Virus record (IMG/VR): IMGVR_UViG_3300023174_000048
Location: 64,001 to 128,000 of that record
DNA length: 64,000 nt
Source: a virus
Taxonomy: Duplodnaviria > Caudoviricetes
Strand: one strand, 5' to 3'
Both the position numbers and the translations under genes were made by a program. The notes beneath the pieces were generated by a model. That model worked only from the letters and a program-made list of their open reading frames with translations, searched no databases and was not told the origin of the DNA. Below are positions 1 to 10,095 of the stretch, one piece after another. Within the stretch, counting starts at the first letter, position 1. Every line of letters begins with the position of its first letter.

Positions 1-45
1 CGACCTATAATACAATGGTATGGGTCAATTTACTTGAGAGATGAA

Positions 46-237
46 ATGAGAAATTTAGACGAGGATAGTGAAAAAAGGCCAGAGAGAAGGCAGAAAGTTA
101 AGAAACAGCACATCAAAAGGAATATGCTGGATGATGAGCTGATTAATAAAAACAATGCCAAAAAAGAAATAAAGAAACTCAAAGAGAGTTTCGATGATGA
201 AGAATGGGAAAATTGGGATAGATTTTACAACCATTAA
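46..237 (+). CDS. small charged hypothetical protein
   Basis: ORF track 34..237 (TTG start); ATG at 46 preferred; TATAAT at 6-11 upstream. Confidence 0.6.
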   Translation: MRNLDEDSEKRPERRQKVKKQHIKRNMLDDELINKNNAKKEIKKLKESFDDEEWENWDRFYNH

Positions 238-241
238 TTAT

Positions 242-493
242 ATGAAATATTTAGAGGAAATATCTATCGGTGAATGCTTTACTCTTTCTGGTAAGTATTT
301 TATTTTAACAGCAGACTTTAAGAGAAATGGTGATAAATTAGCGGTATGTTTATCTGATGGATTATCAAAATGGGTCAAATCTAATGATATGATTGATCCA
401 ATTGATGTATTCACGCTAGATAAAGATAATAATATTATAGCAATGAAAGAAAGAATAAAAGATGTTGCTAATTCGACTACAGACATTTCTTAA
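242..493 (+). CDS. hypothetical protein (N-terminus resembles ORF 43098..43277)
   Basis: In-frame ATG at 242 follows the stop at 237; MKYLEEISIGECFTLSGKYFI. Confidence 0.65.
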   Translation: MKYLEEISIGECFTLSGKYFILTADFKRNGDKLAVCLSDGLSKWVKSNDMIDPIDVFTLDKDNNIIAMKERIKDVANSTTDIS

Positions 494-716
494 GTCTTTA
501 TTTTTCCATGTATGGCATGGTTTTCCCAAGACCACTCAATCTGAAATTTTAGACAGATACTCTATATGTATGGATTGTTCTGATTTTAATAAAGAAAGAT
601 CAGAATGTAACATATGTGGTTGTGCTATTAGCAAGAAAAGTAAGTTTTTAAATAAACTTGCTTGGGCAGATCAAGAATGTCCGGCTGGTAAGTGGCCAAA
701 AATAACTAGAGGATAA
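462..716 (+). CDS. small Cys-rich phage protein (DUF6171-like)
   Basis: CxxC...CxxCGC...CPxGKW pattern. Confidence 0.6.
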   Translation: MLLIRLQTFLKSLFFHVWHGFPKTTQSEILDRYSICMDCSDFNKERSECNICGCAISKKSKFLNKLAWADQECPAGKWPKITRG

Positions 717-717
717 A

Positions 718-1290
718 ATGGTAATTAAAACAATAAATAAAAAAAATAGTCCTACTAATATAGTTTATTCCAATCATGATCTATTTGAAATGGTCAGAGA
801 CAGAGTAACAGCAGGAAACGAAGGAGCAACAATATTTGTTCCTCATGTTTGTAATAATATTGATTTGTTTGGGGCCGGATTTGCTGCTCAGGTGGCTACA
901 AAATATCCTATAGTTAAAGAAAATTATCATTTACTTGGTAAAAGTTTTTTAAAAACTAATCTTGGATATTCCCAAATTGTTAAAGTATATGAGAATGATA
1001 AATTTAGACACAAACTATGTTTTGTTAATATGATAGGCCAAAATGGAATTAAGAGTGGTACAAACATTAGACCATTAAATTACTTGGCGCTAGTAAAATC
1101 TATGAATTCTTTATCCCAACATATTCATACTAATACAGGTTTCTTAAATAAGAGCGAGAAAATTGAGATCCATTGTCCTAAGTTCGGAAGCGGACTTGCT
1201 GGAGGAAATTGGGATTTCATAACAGACCTTATAGAAGATATCTGGGGCAAGTTTTTTGTAACAGTATATAATTATCCTCCTAAAAAATAA
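718..1290 (+). CDS. macrodomain (ADP-ribose binding/hydrolase, Poa1p/DarG-like)
   Basis: HVCNNIDLFGAGFA and CPKFGSGLAGGNW macrodomain loops. Confidence 0.8.
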   Translation: MVIKTINKKNSPTNIVYSNHDLFEMVRDRVTAGNEGATIFVPHVCNNIDLFGAGFAAQVATKYPIVKENYHLLGKSFLKTNLGYSQIVKVYENDKFRHKLCFVNMIGQNGIKSGTNIRPLNYLALVKSMNSLSQHIHTNTGFLNKSEKIEIHCPKFGSGLAGGNWDFITDLIEDIWGKFFVTVYNYPPKK

Positions 1291-1294
1291 GTTT

Positions 1295-1942
1295 ATGAAA
1301 AAGATCATTAGCTTTAGTTTATGGGGAGACAATAAAAAATATACGTTTGGAGCTATTCGTAATGCAGAATTATTGCATCAAATATATCCTGGATGGGAAG
1401 CGTATTTTTTTCTAGGATCATCTGTTCCAGAGACTATTTGGAAAAATCTATTACTAATTCCAAATATAACAGTATTTTATAAGGACTCTCCTGGAGATTG
1501 GAGTTCCATGTTCTGGAGATTTGAAACGTCCTATGATCCTATGGTTGATGTTTCCATATTCAGAGATGCAGATTCTAGAATTTCTATGAGAGAAAAATAT
1601 GCTGTTGATGAGTGGCTATCATCAGATAAAACTTTTCATATAATGAGAGACCATCCTCACCATGGATTTCCTATTTTAGGAGGAATGTGGGGTTATAAGA
1701 AAAATGACAAATATGATATGAGAAAATTATTAACCTCTTTTGATAAAACGAACAGATATGGAACAGACTATGAGTTTTTTGGCAAAGTTTTATATCCAAT
1801 GATTGGCGAAGATAAAATAGTTCATGATCCTTTTTTTGACCAAAAACCCTTCCCAACAGAACGAATAGACAGAGAGTTCGTTGGAGATGTATTTGATGAA
1901 AAAGGTAATAGACATCCAGAATATTATAAATACATACCATGA
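1295..1942 (+). CDS. putative glycosyltransferase (phage KKIISFSLWG family)
   Basis: ISFSLWG, WRF, RDADSR, MRDHP, GGMWG motifs; glycan cluster context. Confidence 0.6.
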   Translation: MKKIISFSLWGDNKKYTFGAIRNAELLHQIYPGWEAYFFLGSSVPETIWKNLLLIPNITVFYKDSPGDWSSMFWRFETSYDPMVDVSIFRDADSRISMREKYAVDEWLSSDKTFHIMRDHPHHGFPILGGMWGYKKNDKYDMRKLLTSFDKTNRYGTDYEFFGKVLYPMIGEDKIVHDPFFDQKPFPTERIDREFVGDVFDEKGNRHPEYYKYIP

Positions 1943-2718
1943 TTAAAAATTATGGATTTAATACTTTTGTAACTAAAAATTGGCTCCCTTTAGCAGAAGT
2001 ATTGGTTGATTCAATTGTATCTTTTAGTAAATACAAGATCACCATAAACTGCATAAATTTTGAACATGACTTTAATCATAATCAAGTTATTAGTAAAACC
2101 ATAAACATAGATAATCTTAATTTTTATTCTATATGTATGGCAAAATGGATGTCTCTATTAGATAATCCCTATGATATATGTGCAATACTAGATTCTGATA
2201 TGGTTGCTACTAAAGAAATAGATAATCTTTTCTATGAAAATGAAAATAAAATTAAAAATTCTAAATTCCCTTTATTAGCAAAACATCCCCATAATCCTTT
2301 TTCTAATCCTATGCATATTGAAAATCTAAAAAATTTATGTTCTTTCTTTTCTAAGAATAGTCCCAAAATGAACTGGGTATATGCATGTGGACTAGTATCT
2401 CAAGACCATAAACATTTTATATCAGAATTAGTGGATAATATTTCTGCATTCCATAAACGAGGAATACAAACCTATATAGAAGATGAAGGCATTTTGAATG
2501 CATTATTGACTAAATATGAAGTTTCTGAAGACTTAGGATATAATCATATTCCAAATTCTACTTTGATAAATGCATATATAAATAATGACATGACTGATAA
2601 AGATTTATATGAATCTTACTTAAAGAATAATTGTCCTGTCAAATTTTATCTGTTACACGGATGTAAAAATCCTACACTAGCAAAGTCACTACTACAACAA
2701 ATCAAAAATAAAACATGA
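1939..2718 (+). CDS. GT-A fold glycosyltransferase (GT8-like)
   Basis: ILDSDM DxD motif, DEGILN motif, C-terminal LHG. Confidence 0.6.
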   Translation: MIKNYGFNTFVTKNWLPLAEVLVDSIVSFSKYKITINCINFEHDFNHNQVISKTINIDNLNFYSICMAKWMSLLDNPYDICAILDSDMVATKEIDNLFYENENKIKNSKFPLLAKHPHNPFSNPMHIENLKNLCSFFSKNSPKMNWVYACGLVSQDHKHFISELVDNISAFHKRGIQTYIEDEGILNALLTKYEVSEDLGYNHIPNSTLINAYINNDMTDKDLYESYLKNNCPVKFYLLHGCKNPTLAKSLLQQIKNKT

Positions 2719-3374
2719 TTATTCATCATCATCTGGGACTAGGCGATCATTTTGTCTGTAATGGTTTAGTAAATTTTATTGCTAAACATAATACCGATTG
2801 TATAGATTTGATATGCAAAAAACATAATTTTCCAACAGTAGAATGTCTATACTCTGAAAATAATAAAATCAATGTGATTCCAATTGAGTATAATGGAAAT
2901 GAACTAGAAGCAGTGGATGAATATGCACTATCTCATAATAAAACAATTTTACGAATAGGATTTCAATATTGCGATTCAAATAATTGGGATAAATCTTTTT
3001 ATAAACAAGTCGGAATAGATTTTATAGAAAGATATAGATTTTTTAAATTACCCAGATCTAGATCAAACCCGTTTCTGCAGTCTCCTAGTCACAAATATAT
3101 TTTTATTCATAACCAGAGTAGCGATGGACTATTTGATCTTGCTTTACAAAGTAATCTTCCAAAAATTTATGTTAAAAAAGAAGATACCAACAATCTATTA
3201 TCCTATATTCATTTAATACAAAATGCTGAAGAAATTCATTGTATTAATAGTTCATTATTCCATCTTATAGACAGTATACCAAATATAACAAACAATTTAT
3301 ATTATCACAATGTAAGAAAACATCCTTGCCATTTTCAAGTATCACCCAAATGGAACATAGTAGAATATGTCTGA
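2715..3374 (+). CDS. putative GT-B glycosyltransferase
   Basis: HHLGLGDHF N-terminus; IHCINSSLFHL C-terminal motif as in GT9-like proteins. Confidence 0.5.
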   Translation: MIIHHHLGLGDHFVCNGLVNFIAKHNTDCIDLICKKHNFPTVECLYSENNKINVIPIEYNGNELEAVDEYALSHNKTILRIGFQYCDSNNWDKSFYKQVGIDFIERYRFFKLPRSRSNPFLQSPSHKYIFIHNQSSDGLFDLALQSNLPKIYVKKEDTNNLLSYIHLIQNAEEIHCINSSLFHLIDSIPNITNNLYYHNVRKHPCHFQVSPKWNIVEYV

Positions 3375-3750
3375 GAGAATACCAACTTCTAATGGAGAAA
3401 TATTAGATAAATTTTCTATACTAGAATTAAAATATAATAAAATTTTAGATCCAAATAAAATAAATAATATAAAAAATGAATTATCTTATTTAAAAGATAT
3501 TTCTTATAATATTATTAAAAGTTATAATATAGTTAATCTTTATAATGAATTAAAACAAGTTAATGAGCGATTATGGAATATAGAAGATAATATTAGAATC
3601 AAAGAAAATAAACAAGAATTTGATAATGAATTTATAGAATTAGCTAGAAATGTATACAAAACTAATGATCAACGAGCAAATATAAAAAAACTTATAAATG
3701 AAATATCGGATTCAGAGATCGTAGAAGAAAAATCCTATGAAAAATATTGA
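3367..3750 (+). CDS. conserved phage protein (DUF6165-like)
   Basis: SNGEILDKFSILELK...LWNIED...F.ELAR.VY..ND.R...K pattern. Confidence 0.65.
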   Translation: MSERIPTSNGEILDKFSILELKYNKILDPNKINNIKNELSYLKDISYNIIKSYNIVNLYNELKQVNERLWNIEDNIRIKENKQEFDNEFIELARNVYKTNDQRANIKKLINEISDSEIVEEKSYEKY

Positions 3751-4525
3751 TTATATAGAATTAAATAAATTATCTCATCTTCATGATGAACAAAATATCT
3801 TTTTTTGTAAGACAGATTATATCTTAGAAGATTTTGAAACAATACGAAACATAAATCATCCGGTCACTTTAATCACGGGAAACTCTGATTATGCAATTAT
3901 AGATGATATAGTTTCTTTGGCTCCTAAGAATATCATTGATTGGTATGCACAGAACGCAGTTTCCAAGTCTAAAATTCTACATCCTCTACCAATAGGATTA
4001 GAAAATAAACTACCATCAGTTAGACAAGGACATGGTATAGGATATTTTGACAGAGCATCAGAGAAGGAGAATCTGCTAAATGAAAATAATATATCTAATT
4101 TAGATAGTAAATTTATTTATGCTAATTTTAATGTTAATACCAACTATAGTCATAGATCAATAGTTAAACAATATTGTATACAATCGTCTTTTATTGATTG
4201 GCAAGAACCTAATTTAACTCTGTCAGATTTTTTTAATACAATACGAGATTATAAGATGGTAGTTTGTCCAGCAGGAAATGGTATAGATACACACAGATTA
4301 TGGGAAGTTTTATATAGTAATAGGGTGCCAATTACCCTAGTTACTGGAGACTTTAAGATATATGAACTATATAAAAAATTACCAATAATTCTATTAAATC
4401 ATATTGATCAATTGCTTGATAAAAATTTTATAACACAAGAATATAATAGGTGTTTGTCTCAGAACTGGGATAAATCATTATTAGATGTAAACTCATGGAT
4501 TAAAATTATTCAAAATAAAGACTAA
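3737..4525 (+). CDS. exostosin-like (GT47) glycosyltransferase
   Basis: CPAGNGIDTHRLWEVLY...VPI motif. Confidence 0.7.
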   Translation: MKNIDYIELNKLSHLHDEQNIFFCKTDYILEDFETIRNINHPVTLITGNSDYAIIDDIVSLAPKNIIDWYAQNAVSKSKILHPLPIGLENKLPSVRQGHGIGYFDRASEKENLLNENNISNLDSKFIYANFNVNTNYSHRSIVKQYCIQSSFIDWQEPNLTLSDFFNTIRDYKMVVCPAGNGIDTHRLWEVLYSNRVPITLVTGDFKIYELYKKLPIILLNHIDQLLDKNFITQEYNRCLSQNWDKSLLDVNSWIKIIQNKD

Positions 4526-4529
4526 CATT

Positions 4530-5375
4530 ATGAGTAAAAATATATTAATATTAGGTAATGGGTTTATTGGTAAGAACCTATACGCATATTTTGTTTCTAA
4601 ATATAATACAACTATTACTAGTAAAAAAGATATAGATATCACAAAAATCGAAACCGTTAGAAACTATCTGTCTGATAAAAATTTTGATTATGTTATTTAC
4701 TCTATCGGAATAAAAGATATTGCTGAATGTGAGAAATATCCAGATAAAGCATATGCTATTAACTCTAACGGTGTTGCTAATGTTATCAAATCTCTAAATA
4801 AAGATACCAAATTTATTTATATATCTACAGACTATGTATTTGATGGTAACGCAGGAGGATATTCAGAAAACTCTGTATCTCTACCGTCAACCACTTACGG
4901 ACAATCCAAACTAATAGGAGAACAACACTCACTCCAGCACAATAACTCTATTGTTGTTAGAACATCCGGAGTATATGGAGAAAATTGTCTTTGGCTTAAA
5001 AACTTATTAATTTCTTTGTCAGAGAAGAAAGAAACTGTATGTTTTTCTGATGTATATAATACTCCAACATATGCTATCAATTTAGCAGAAATGATTGACG
5101 ATATTATTAATATTAATTTTGTAGGAGTTATCCATTTAAGCGGGAATACAAGAAATAATAGATATGAACTATACTCATCTGTGGCTACTATATTTGAGAG
5201 GGATCTTTCTCTTTTGTCTAGCGGACTATCAGATGGAAAATTTCCTAAAGATATTTCATTAAATAATAATTTGTATAAACAAATAACTAAAAAAATACCA
5301 GATTCTGTAACTAGCGGACTAACAAGACTAAAAAATGAACATCAATATATTGATCCCGTCAACTTCATCAATTAA
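4530..5375 (+). CDS. rmlD: dTDP-4-dehydrorhamnose reductase
   Basis: Rossmann N-terminus, ISTDYVFDG, YGQSK (YxxxK), RTSGVYG, PTYA. Confidence 0.9.
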   Translation: MSKNILILGNGFIGKNLYAYFVSKYNTTITSKKDIDITKIETVRNYLSDKNFDYVIYSIGIKDIAECEKYPDKAYAINSNGVANVIKSLNKDTKFIYISTDYVFDGNAGGYSENSVSLPSTTYGQSKLIGEQHSLQHNNSIVVRTSGVYGENCLWLKNLLISLSEKKETVCFSDVYNTPTYAINLAEMIDDIININFVGVIHLSGNTRNNRYELYSSVATIFERDLSLLSSGLSDGKFPKDISLNNNLYKQITKKIPDSVTSGLTRLKNEHQYIDPVNFIN

Positions 5376-6228
5376 TACTATTAATAATGGAGCAAATGTT
5401 CAAGGGGATGAACTAGTTGCTCGATCCTGGGCAAAATATCTACAAAAAGATACAAGAGTTTCTAATGTAGATATTAATGGATTTGGCATATATGATGTTT
5501 CTATATCCTTTAGTCCATTAGTAAACCAACAAATGACAGGATATAAAGTACTATATCTACAAAATGTTTTTCCAAAACCCACTTGGCCAGGTACTGTTGA
5601 AGTTTATCATCAAATAAAAAATAACTATGATAGTTTTATATTTCCATCTGAAGGACTAATGAACAACTGTGGCGAAGGGCTTGTATGTCAATTTGCTGTT
5701 GATCCTGATTTATTTTTTCCTAAATCTATAAACGATAATTTATCTCATAACTTGTGTTTTGTAGGAAATAATATTAGAGATCAACAAACATCAGAAAAAT
5801 ATTTATTATGTGCTAAAGATAAAGGATTGGTTATATACGGTAATCCAGCAGGATGGAACTCTCCACTATGCAAAGGAAAGATAAGCATAGATGACGAAGC
5901 CACACTATACTCTTCTTCAAAAATCTGTTTAAATGCTCATCTTACTGAACACTTAGATTATGGCTCATATAATTTTCGTATATTTAATATTCTAGCATGT
6001 AAAGGTTTTATTATTTCTGACAGATCTCAATTCTTAGAAACAGAATTTAATAACTGCATGGAATTTACAGACGGAAATGATGATCTTCTTTCAAAGATTG
6101 ATTATTATTTAAATAATCCAGAAGAGACAAATAAATATAGAGAATATGGTTATAATCATATTTTATCTAAACATACTTTCAAACACAGAATGTCAGATCT
6201 ATTAAACTGGCTAGGAATAAAATTATGA
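5335..6228 (+). CDS. CgeB-like glycosyltransferase (GT-B)
   Basis: LCFVGN, SKICLN, NFRIFNILACKGFIISD, HTFKHR motifs. Confidence 0.8.
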   Translation: MNINILIPSTSSINTINNGANVQGDELVARSWAKYLQKDTRVSNVDINGFGIYDVSISFSPLVNQQMTGYKVLYLQNVFPKPTWPGTVEVYHQIKNNYDSFIFPSEGLMNNCGEGLVCQFAVDPDLFFPKSINDNLSHNLCFVGNNIRDQQTSEKYLLCAKDKGLVIYGNPAGWNSPLCKGKISIDDEATLYSSSKICLNAHLTEHLDYGSYNFRIFNILACKGFIISDRSQFLETEFNNCMEFTDGNDDLLSKIDYYLNNPEETNKYREYGYNHILSKHTFKHRMSDLLNWLGIKL

Positions 6229-7604
6229 AAATATTATTTGCAAATATACCAAATGTAAAATATGTTAATGGACAGATCCACACTGGGCCAAATGCAGGAT
6301 CACGATGGCCTTGGACTAATCCCGGAGGACATTTTCATGGTTATGCACCTTTCCCATTTTGGCTAGGATATGCTGCAAAATATGTACAACATCATGGTTT
6401 TGAAACGTATTTTTATGATGGCGTTGCACTAAAACATGCTGATTTAGAAATTACTAAAAAAGTTATTTATGATTTAAAACCAGATATAATTTTTTATGAT
6501 ATATCTACTCCAACTTTTAAACTAAATAACGATATAGCATTATGGTTTAAACAAAATATTGGATGTCGAAATGTATATTGTGGACCGCACATGAAAACCT
6601 ATGCCAATGAATGTATAGAGTTAGATCATGTCGATCATTGTATTGTTGGAGAATACGACATACCAGCATTAGACATTTGTCAAAAACTAGATAATGCTAA
6701 AGATATCTACAGATTTGAACATTTGTCAAATATCGATACTCTGCCCAATGGAGACAATTTTTTACCATATAGACCATTAGAATATATTCAAAATTATTAT
6801 GAACCAACAATGAACACTCCAATGATTCAATTAACTGTGAGTGCTTCTCGTGGATGTCCATTTAAATGCACATATTGTCAATGGCCAAATGTTATAAATA
6901 ATGGTAAGTATAGAGCAAGATCAGCAGAAATGGTTGTTGATGAAATTCAACAAATGAAAAATATTTTAGGAGATAATCTAAGAAGTATACTTTTTGATGA
7001 TGATACATGGAATCTTGGACATAATAGAATATCTAAAATTTGTGATGGACTTAAAAACTTTAACATGCCATGGACAATGATGGGCAGAATAGACACAAGT
7101 AAGCCTGAACTCTATGATAAAATGGTAGATTCTGGTTGTGTTGGAATGAGATTTGGAATTGAAACATTTAATCAGGAACTATCTGATAATGTTAAAAAAC
7201 ATATGAATACCAAAACTGCTTATGATAATCTAAAATATTTAGTTACTAGATTTTCAAATATGGAATTTCATTTTACTACTATGAAAAATTTTCCAGGAGA
7301 AAAAGCAGGATCATGGGAAAAAGATCAGGCAATTTTAAAAGATCTTCAAGAAATTGGCAGAAAAAATAACAATACTGTTCATTGGCAAATTAGTGATTGC
7401 ATACCGTTCCCCGGAACAGAATTATGGGAAGAATTAGTACAATTAGGAAGAGGAGAAACTCTCAGAGATTTCAGCTTGTATGATGGTAGTCCAGAACATA
7501 ACGGAGCACTAGAAAAAACTGTTGGATGGCTAGGAGAAAATTATAAACCTAAATACTCAGAGTATTCAAAAGATGGTAGTCCAACAAATTTGCCTAATAA
7601 TTAA
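6225..7604 (+). CDS. cobalamin-binding radical SAM enzyme (HpnJ/BchE-like)
   Basis: SRGCPFKCTYC (CxxxCxxC), FDDDT, GPH..GEYD B12-domain motifs, PFPGTELW. Confidence 0.9.
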   Translation: MKILFANIPNVKYVNGQIHTGPNAGSRWPWTNPGGHFHGYAPFPFWLGYAAKYVQHHGFETYFYDGVALKHADLEITKKVIYDLKPDIIFYDISTPTFKLNNDIALWFKQNIGCRNVYCGPHMKTYANECIELDHVDHCIVGEYDIPALDICQKLDNAKDIYRFEHLSNIDTLPNGDNFLPYRPLEYIQNYYEPTMNTPMIQLTVSASRGCPFKCTYCQWPNVINNGKYRARSAEMVVDEIQQMKNILGDNLRSILFDDDTWNLGHNRISKICDGLKNFNMPWTMMGRIDTSKPELYDKMVDSGCVGMRFGIETFNQELSDNVKKHMNTKTAYDNLKYLVTRFSNMEFHFTTMKNFPGEKAGSWEKDQAILKDLQEIGRKNNNTVHWQISDCIPFPGTELWEELVQLGRGETLRDFSLYDGSPEHNGALEKTVGWLGENYKPKYSEYSKDGSPTNLPNN

Positions 7605-7606
7605 TT

Positions 7607-8173
7607 ATGGATCATATATATAATCAACCTCAATTTGGTGAAGACTGGTTCGATTATCAGGATGTTTATTCTGAATTTGCACGAGACTGTCCAGATAACG
7701 GACATATTATAGAAATAGGATCATGGAAAGGTAAAAGTTCAGTATTCATGGCTGTTGAAATTATAAATTCTAATAAAAAAATTAAATTTGATTGTATAGA
7801 TACTTGGCTAGGAACCGCTAATGATCAATGTCATAAAGATATTATTAAAAATATAAATAATAAATTATTTGAAGTATTTTTACAAAATATTAAACCAGTA
7901 AATAATATTATAACTCCTATTAAAAAAACATCAGAAGAAGCCAGTTTATTGTATGAAGATGAATCAGTAGATATAGTATTTATTGATGCCGATCATTCAG
8001 AAGAAGCTGTAAAAAAAGATATTAACTTATGGCTACCAAAAGTCAAAAAAAATGGTATACTAGCTGGTCACGATTATTTTTCATGGCCAGGAGTACAAAA
8101 AGCGGTTAATGAACTTATAGGTAATAAAAATATAAAAACTAAAACATCTTGCTGGATACATCATAAATTATGA
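7607..8173 (+). CDS. class I SAM-dependent methyltransferase (Methyltransf_24-like)
   Basis: IEIGSWKGKS, FIDADHS, GILAGHDY. Confidence 0.85.
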   Translation: MDHIYNQPQFGEDWFDYQDVYSEFARDCPDNGHIIEIGSWKGKSSVFMAVEIINSNKKIKFDCIDTWLGTANDQCHKDIIKNINNKLFEVFLQNIKPVNNIITPIKKTSEEASLLYEDESVDIVFIDADHSEEAVKKDINLWLPKVKKNGILAGHDYFSWPGVQKAVNELIGNKNIKTKTSCWIHHKL

Positions 8174-8694
8174 ATCATACATTTATTGTTAATAAATTAA
8201 TTTCTGATATAATTTTAATTAAAACGCAAATATATGAAGATCATAGAGGAACTTTATATGAGATATATAATAAAGAACTATTCATTAAAAATAAAATACC
8301 AGAAATAGTACAAGAGAAATCCTCATTCTCAAAATATAAAGTATTAAGAGGATTACACTATCAAAAAGAACCCCATGGACAAGGGAAAATAGTTAGATGC
8401 AATAAAGGTAAAATTTTTGATGTTGCTGTTGATATTAGAGAAAATTCAACAACATATAAACAATGGGTTTCGTATGAATTATCAGAATCTAATAAAGATA
8501 TGGTATATATACCACCAGGATTTGCTCATGGAATATTAGTATTAAGCGAGGATGGTGCAGACTTTAGCTACTTTACAACAGAAAAACACTATCCAGAATA
8601 TGAAACAGTAATATCATACGATGATCCAACAATAAATATAGATTGGCCAATTAAAGATGTAATTCTATCAAATAAGGACAAAGGAAACAAATGA
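8170..8694 (+). CDS. rmlC: dTDP-4-dehydrorhamnose 3,5-epimerase
   Basis: DHRG, VLRGLHYQ, QGKIVRC, DVAVDIR, PPGFAHG. Confidence 0.95.
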   Translation: MNHTFIVNKLISDIILIKTQIYEDHRGTLYEIYNKELFIKNKIPEIVQEKSSFSKYKVLRGLHYQKEPHGQGKIVRCNKGKIFDVAVDIRENSTTYKQWVSYELSESNKDMVYIPPGFAHGILVLSEDGADFSYFTTEKHYPEYETVISYDDPTINIDWPIKDVILSNKDKGNK

Positions 8695-9428
8695 AAAATT
8701 ATAGATGCTCTTCTTTTTGTTCCTTATATAAAGGTGAAAAATTTGTTCAAGGATATCTGGAAGATATGTTAAAACAATCTATCTTTGATGATATTGAATT
8801 TATCTTTTTAGACTGTGCTTCTCCAGAAAATGAAAAAGACTTTATTTTACCATTAACTGAAGAATATTCAAATATAAAGTATCATAGACTAGATAGCGAT
8901 CCTGGCCTATATGCAGCATGGAATATAGCTATTAAAATGTGCTCATCAAATTTAATAGGAAACTGGAATATTGACGATAGAAAAAATATAAATAGTTTTG
9001 AAATACTGGTTAAGTGTTTTGATAGAGATCCAGATTTAGAAGTAGCATACGGACTAACATATGTATCAACAATCGCTAATGAAAAATATGAAAATAATGA
9101 TTACTCTAATTTTTATCCGTGCTTACCCCATTCATTAAAAAACTTATTAATGAATAACAGTCCCCATTGTATGCCGTTATGGAAGAAAAATTTACACGAT
9201 AGATTCGGATACTTTGACGAATCGTATAAGACGGCTTCTGATGGAGATATGTGGTTGCGTTGTTGCGTCGGAGGTGCTAAGATACAGTTGGTCAATCACC
9301 CTGTTGGCCTGTACTACCATAACCCAAAGGGTAGATCGACTGATCAAAAAACGTTGTTGGAGATGGTTGCTGAAGTTCAGCAAATGAGAAAAAAATACAT
9401 ACCCTATTTGGAGAATGACAATGGATAG
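8691..9428 (+). CDS. GT2 family glycosyltransferase
   Basis: LDCAS, GLYAAWN, NIDD, GYFDE...SDGDMWLR. Confidence 0.85.
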   Translation: MKNYRCSSFCSLYKGEKFVQGYLEDMLKQSIFDDIEFIFLDCASPENEKDFILPLTEEYSNIKYHRLDSDPGLYAAWNIAIKMCSSNLIGNWNIDDRKNINSFEILVKCFDRDPDLEVAYGLTYVSTIANEKYENNDYSNFYPCLPHSLKNLLMNNSPHCMPLWKKNLHDRFGYFDESYKTASDGDMWLRCCVGGAKIQLVNHPVGLYYHNPKGRSTDQKTLLEMVAEVQQMRKKYIPYLENDNG

Positions 9429-9564
9429 TTTTATTATTTTATGTTTGGCAATATCCCTAATTGGTGGAATAATTTCTGGAATCAAAGAAATGACAGATAG
9501 ATCAGGGTACTCTGTTAAATCATCAAAAAATATATTTACATTTCTGTTTTGCGATAAATATTAA
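9421..9564 (+). CDS. 47-aa membrane peptide (absent from ORF track)
   Basis: Translated by hand: MDSFIILCLAISLIGGIISG...; fills the gap exactly, overlaps the upstream gene end and has a TAATG overlap with the next gene. Confidence 0.65.
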   Translation: MDSFIILCLAISLIGGIISGIKEMTDRSGYSVKSSKNIFTFLFCDKY

Positions 9565-10094
9565 TGGAAAGACTAAAAAATCAAAGAGTTTATCTGGCTG
9601 GAGCAATGGATAGAGTTCCAGATAGAGGTTCAACATGGCGAGATAATATCACTCCGTTTCTTAATGAACTTGGCATAGTAGTTTTTAATCCTATTAGTAA
9701 ACCAACAGATATAGGATTAGAAGATAAAGACACTCATGCTATAAAAACCAAGCTCAAAGAAAAAGCACGATACGACGAATTAACTGCCATGATGAAAACT
9801 ATTCGTTCTGTTGATCTGAGGCTTGTAGACATTAGTGATTTTCTCATAGTTAATTTGGACCTTAATACTCATCCATGCGGAACTCTTGAAGAAATTTTCT
9901 GGGCCAATCGTCAAAAGAAACCAATAATTATTCATATGGTTCAAGGAAAGAATCATACTCCAGATTGGCTATTTGGAACAATACCGCACCAGATGATATT
10001 CTCTACATGGGATGAAATCAAGAGTTATTTACAACACATTAATACCTCTGAAAATATAGATTCTCATAAAAGATGGTATTTCTTCTCGGTGTAA
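9564..10094 (+). CDS. nucleoside 2-deoxyribosyltransferase-like / nucleotide N-glycosidase
   Basis: VYLAGAM, WR, FNP, D...SDF, GTLEE with catalytic Glu. Confidence 0.8.
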   Translation: MERLKNQRVYLAGAMDRVPDRGSTWRDNITPFLNELGIVVFNPISKPTDIGLEDKDTHAIKTKLKEKARYDELTAMMKTIRSVDLRLVDISDFLIVNLDLNTHPCGTLEEIFWANRQKKPIIIHMVQGKNHTPDWLFGTIPHQMIFSTWDEIKSYLQHINTSENIDSHKRWYFFSV

Positions 10095-10095
10095 A

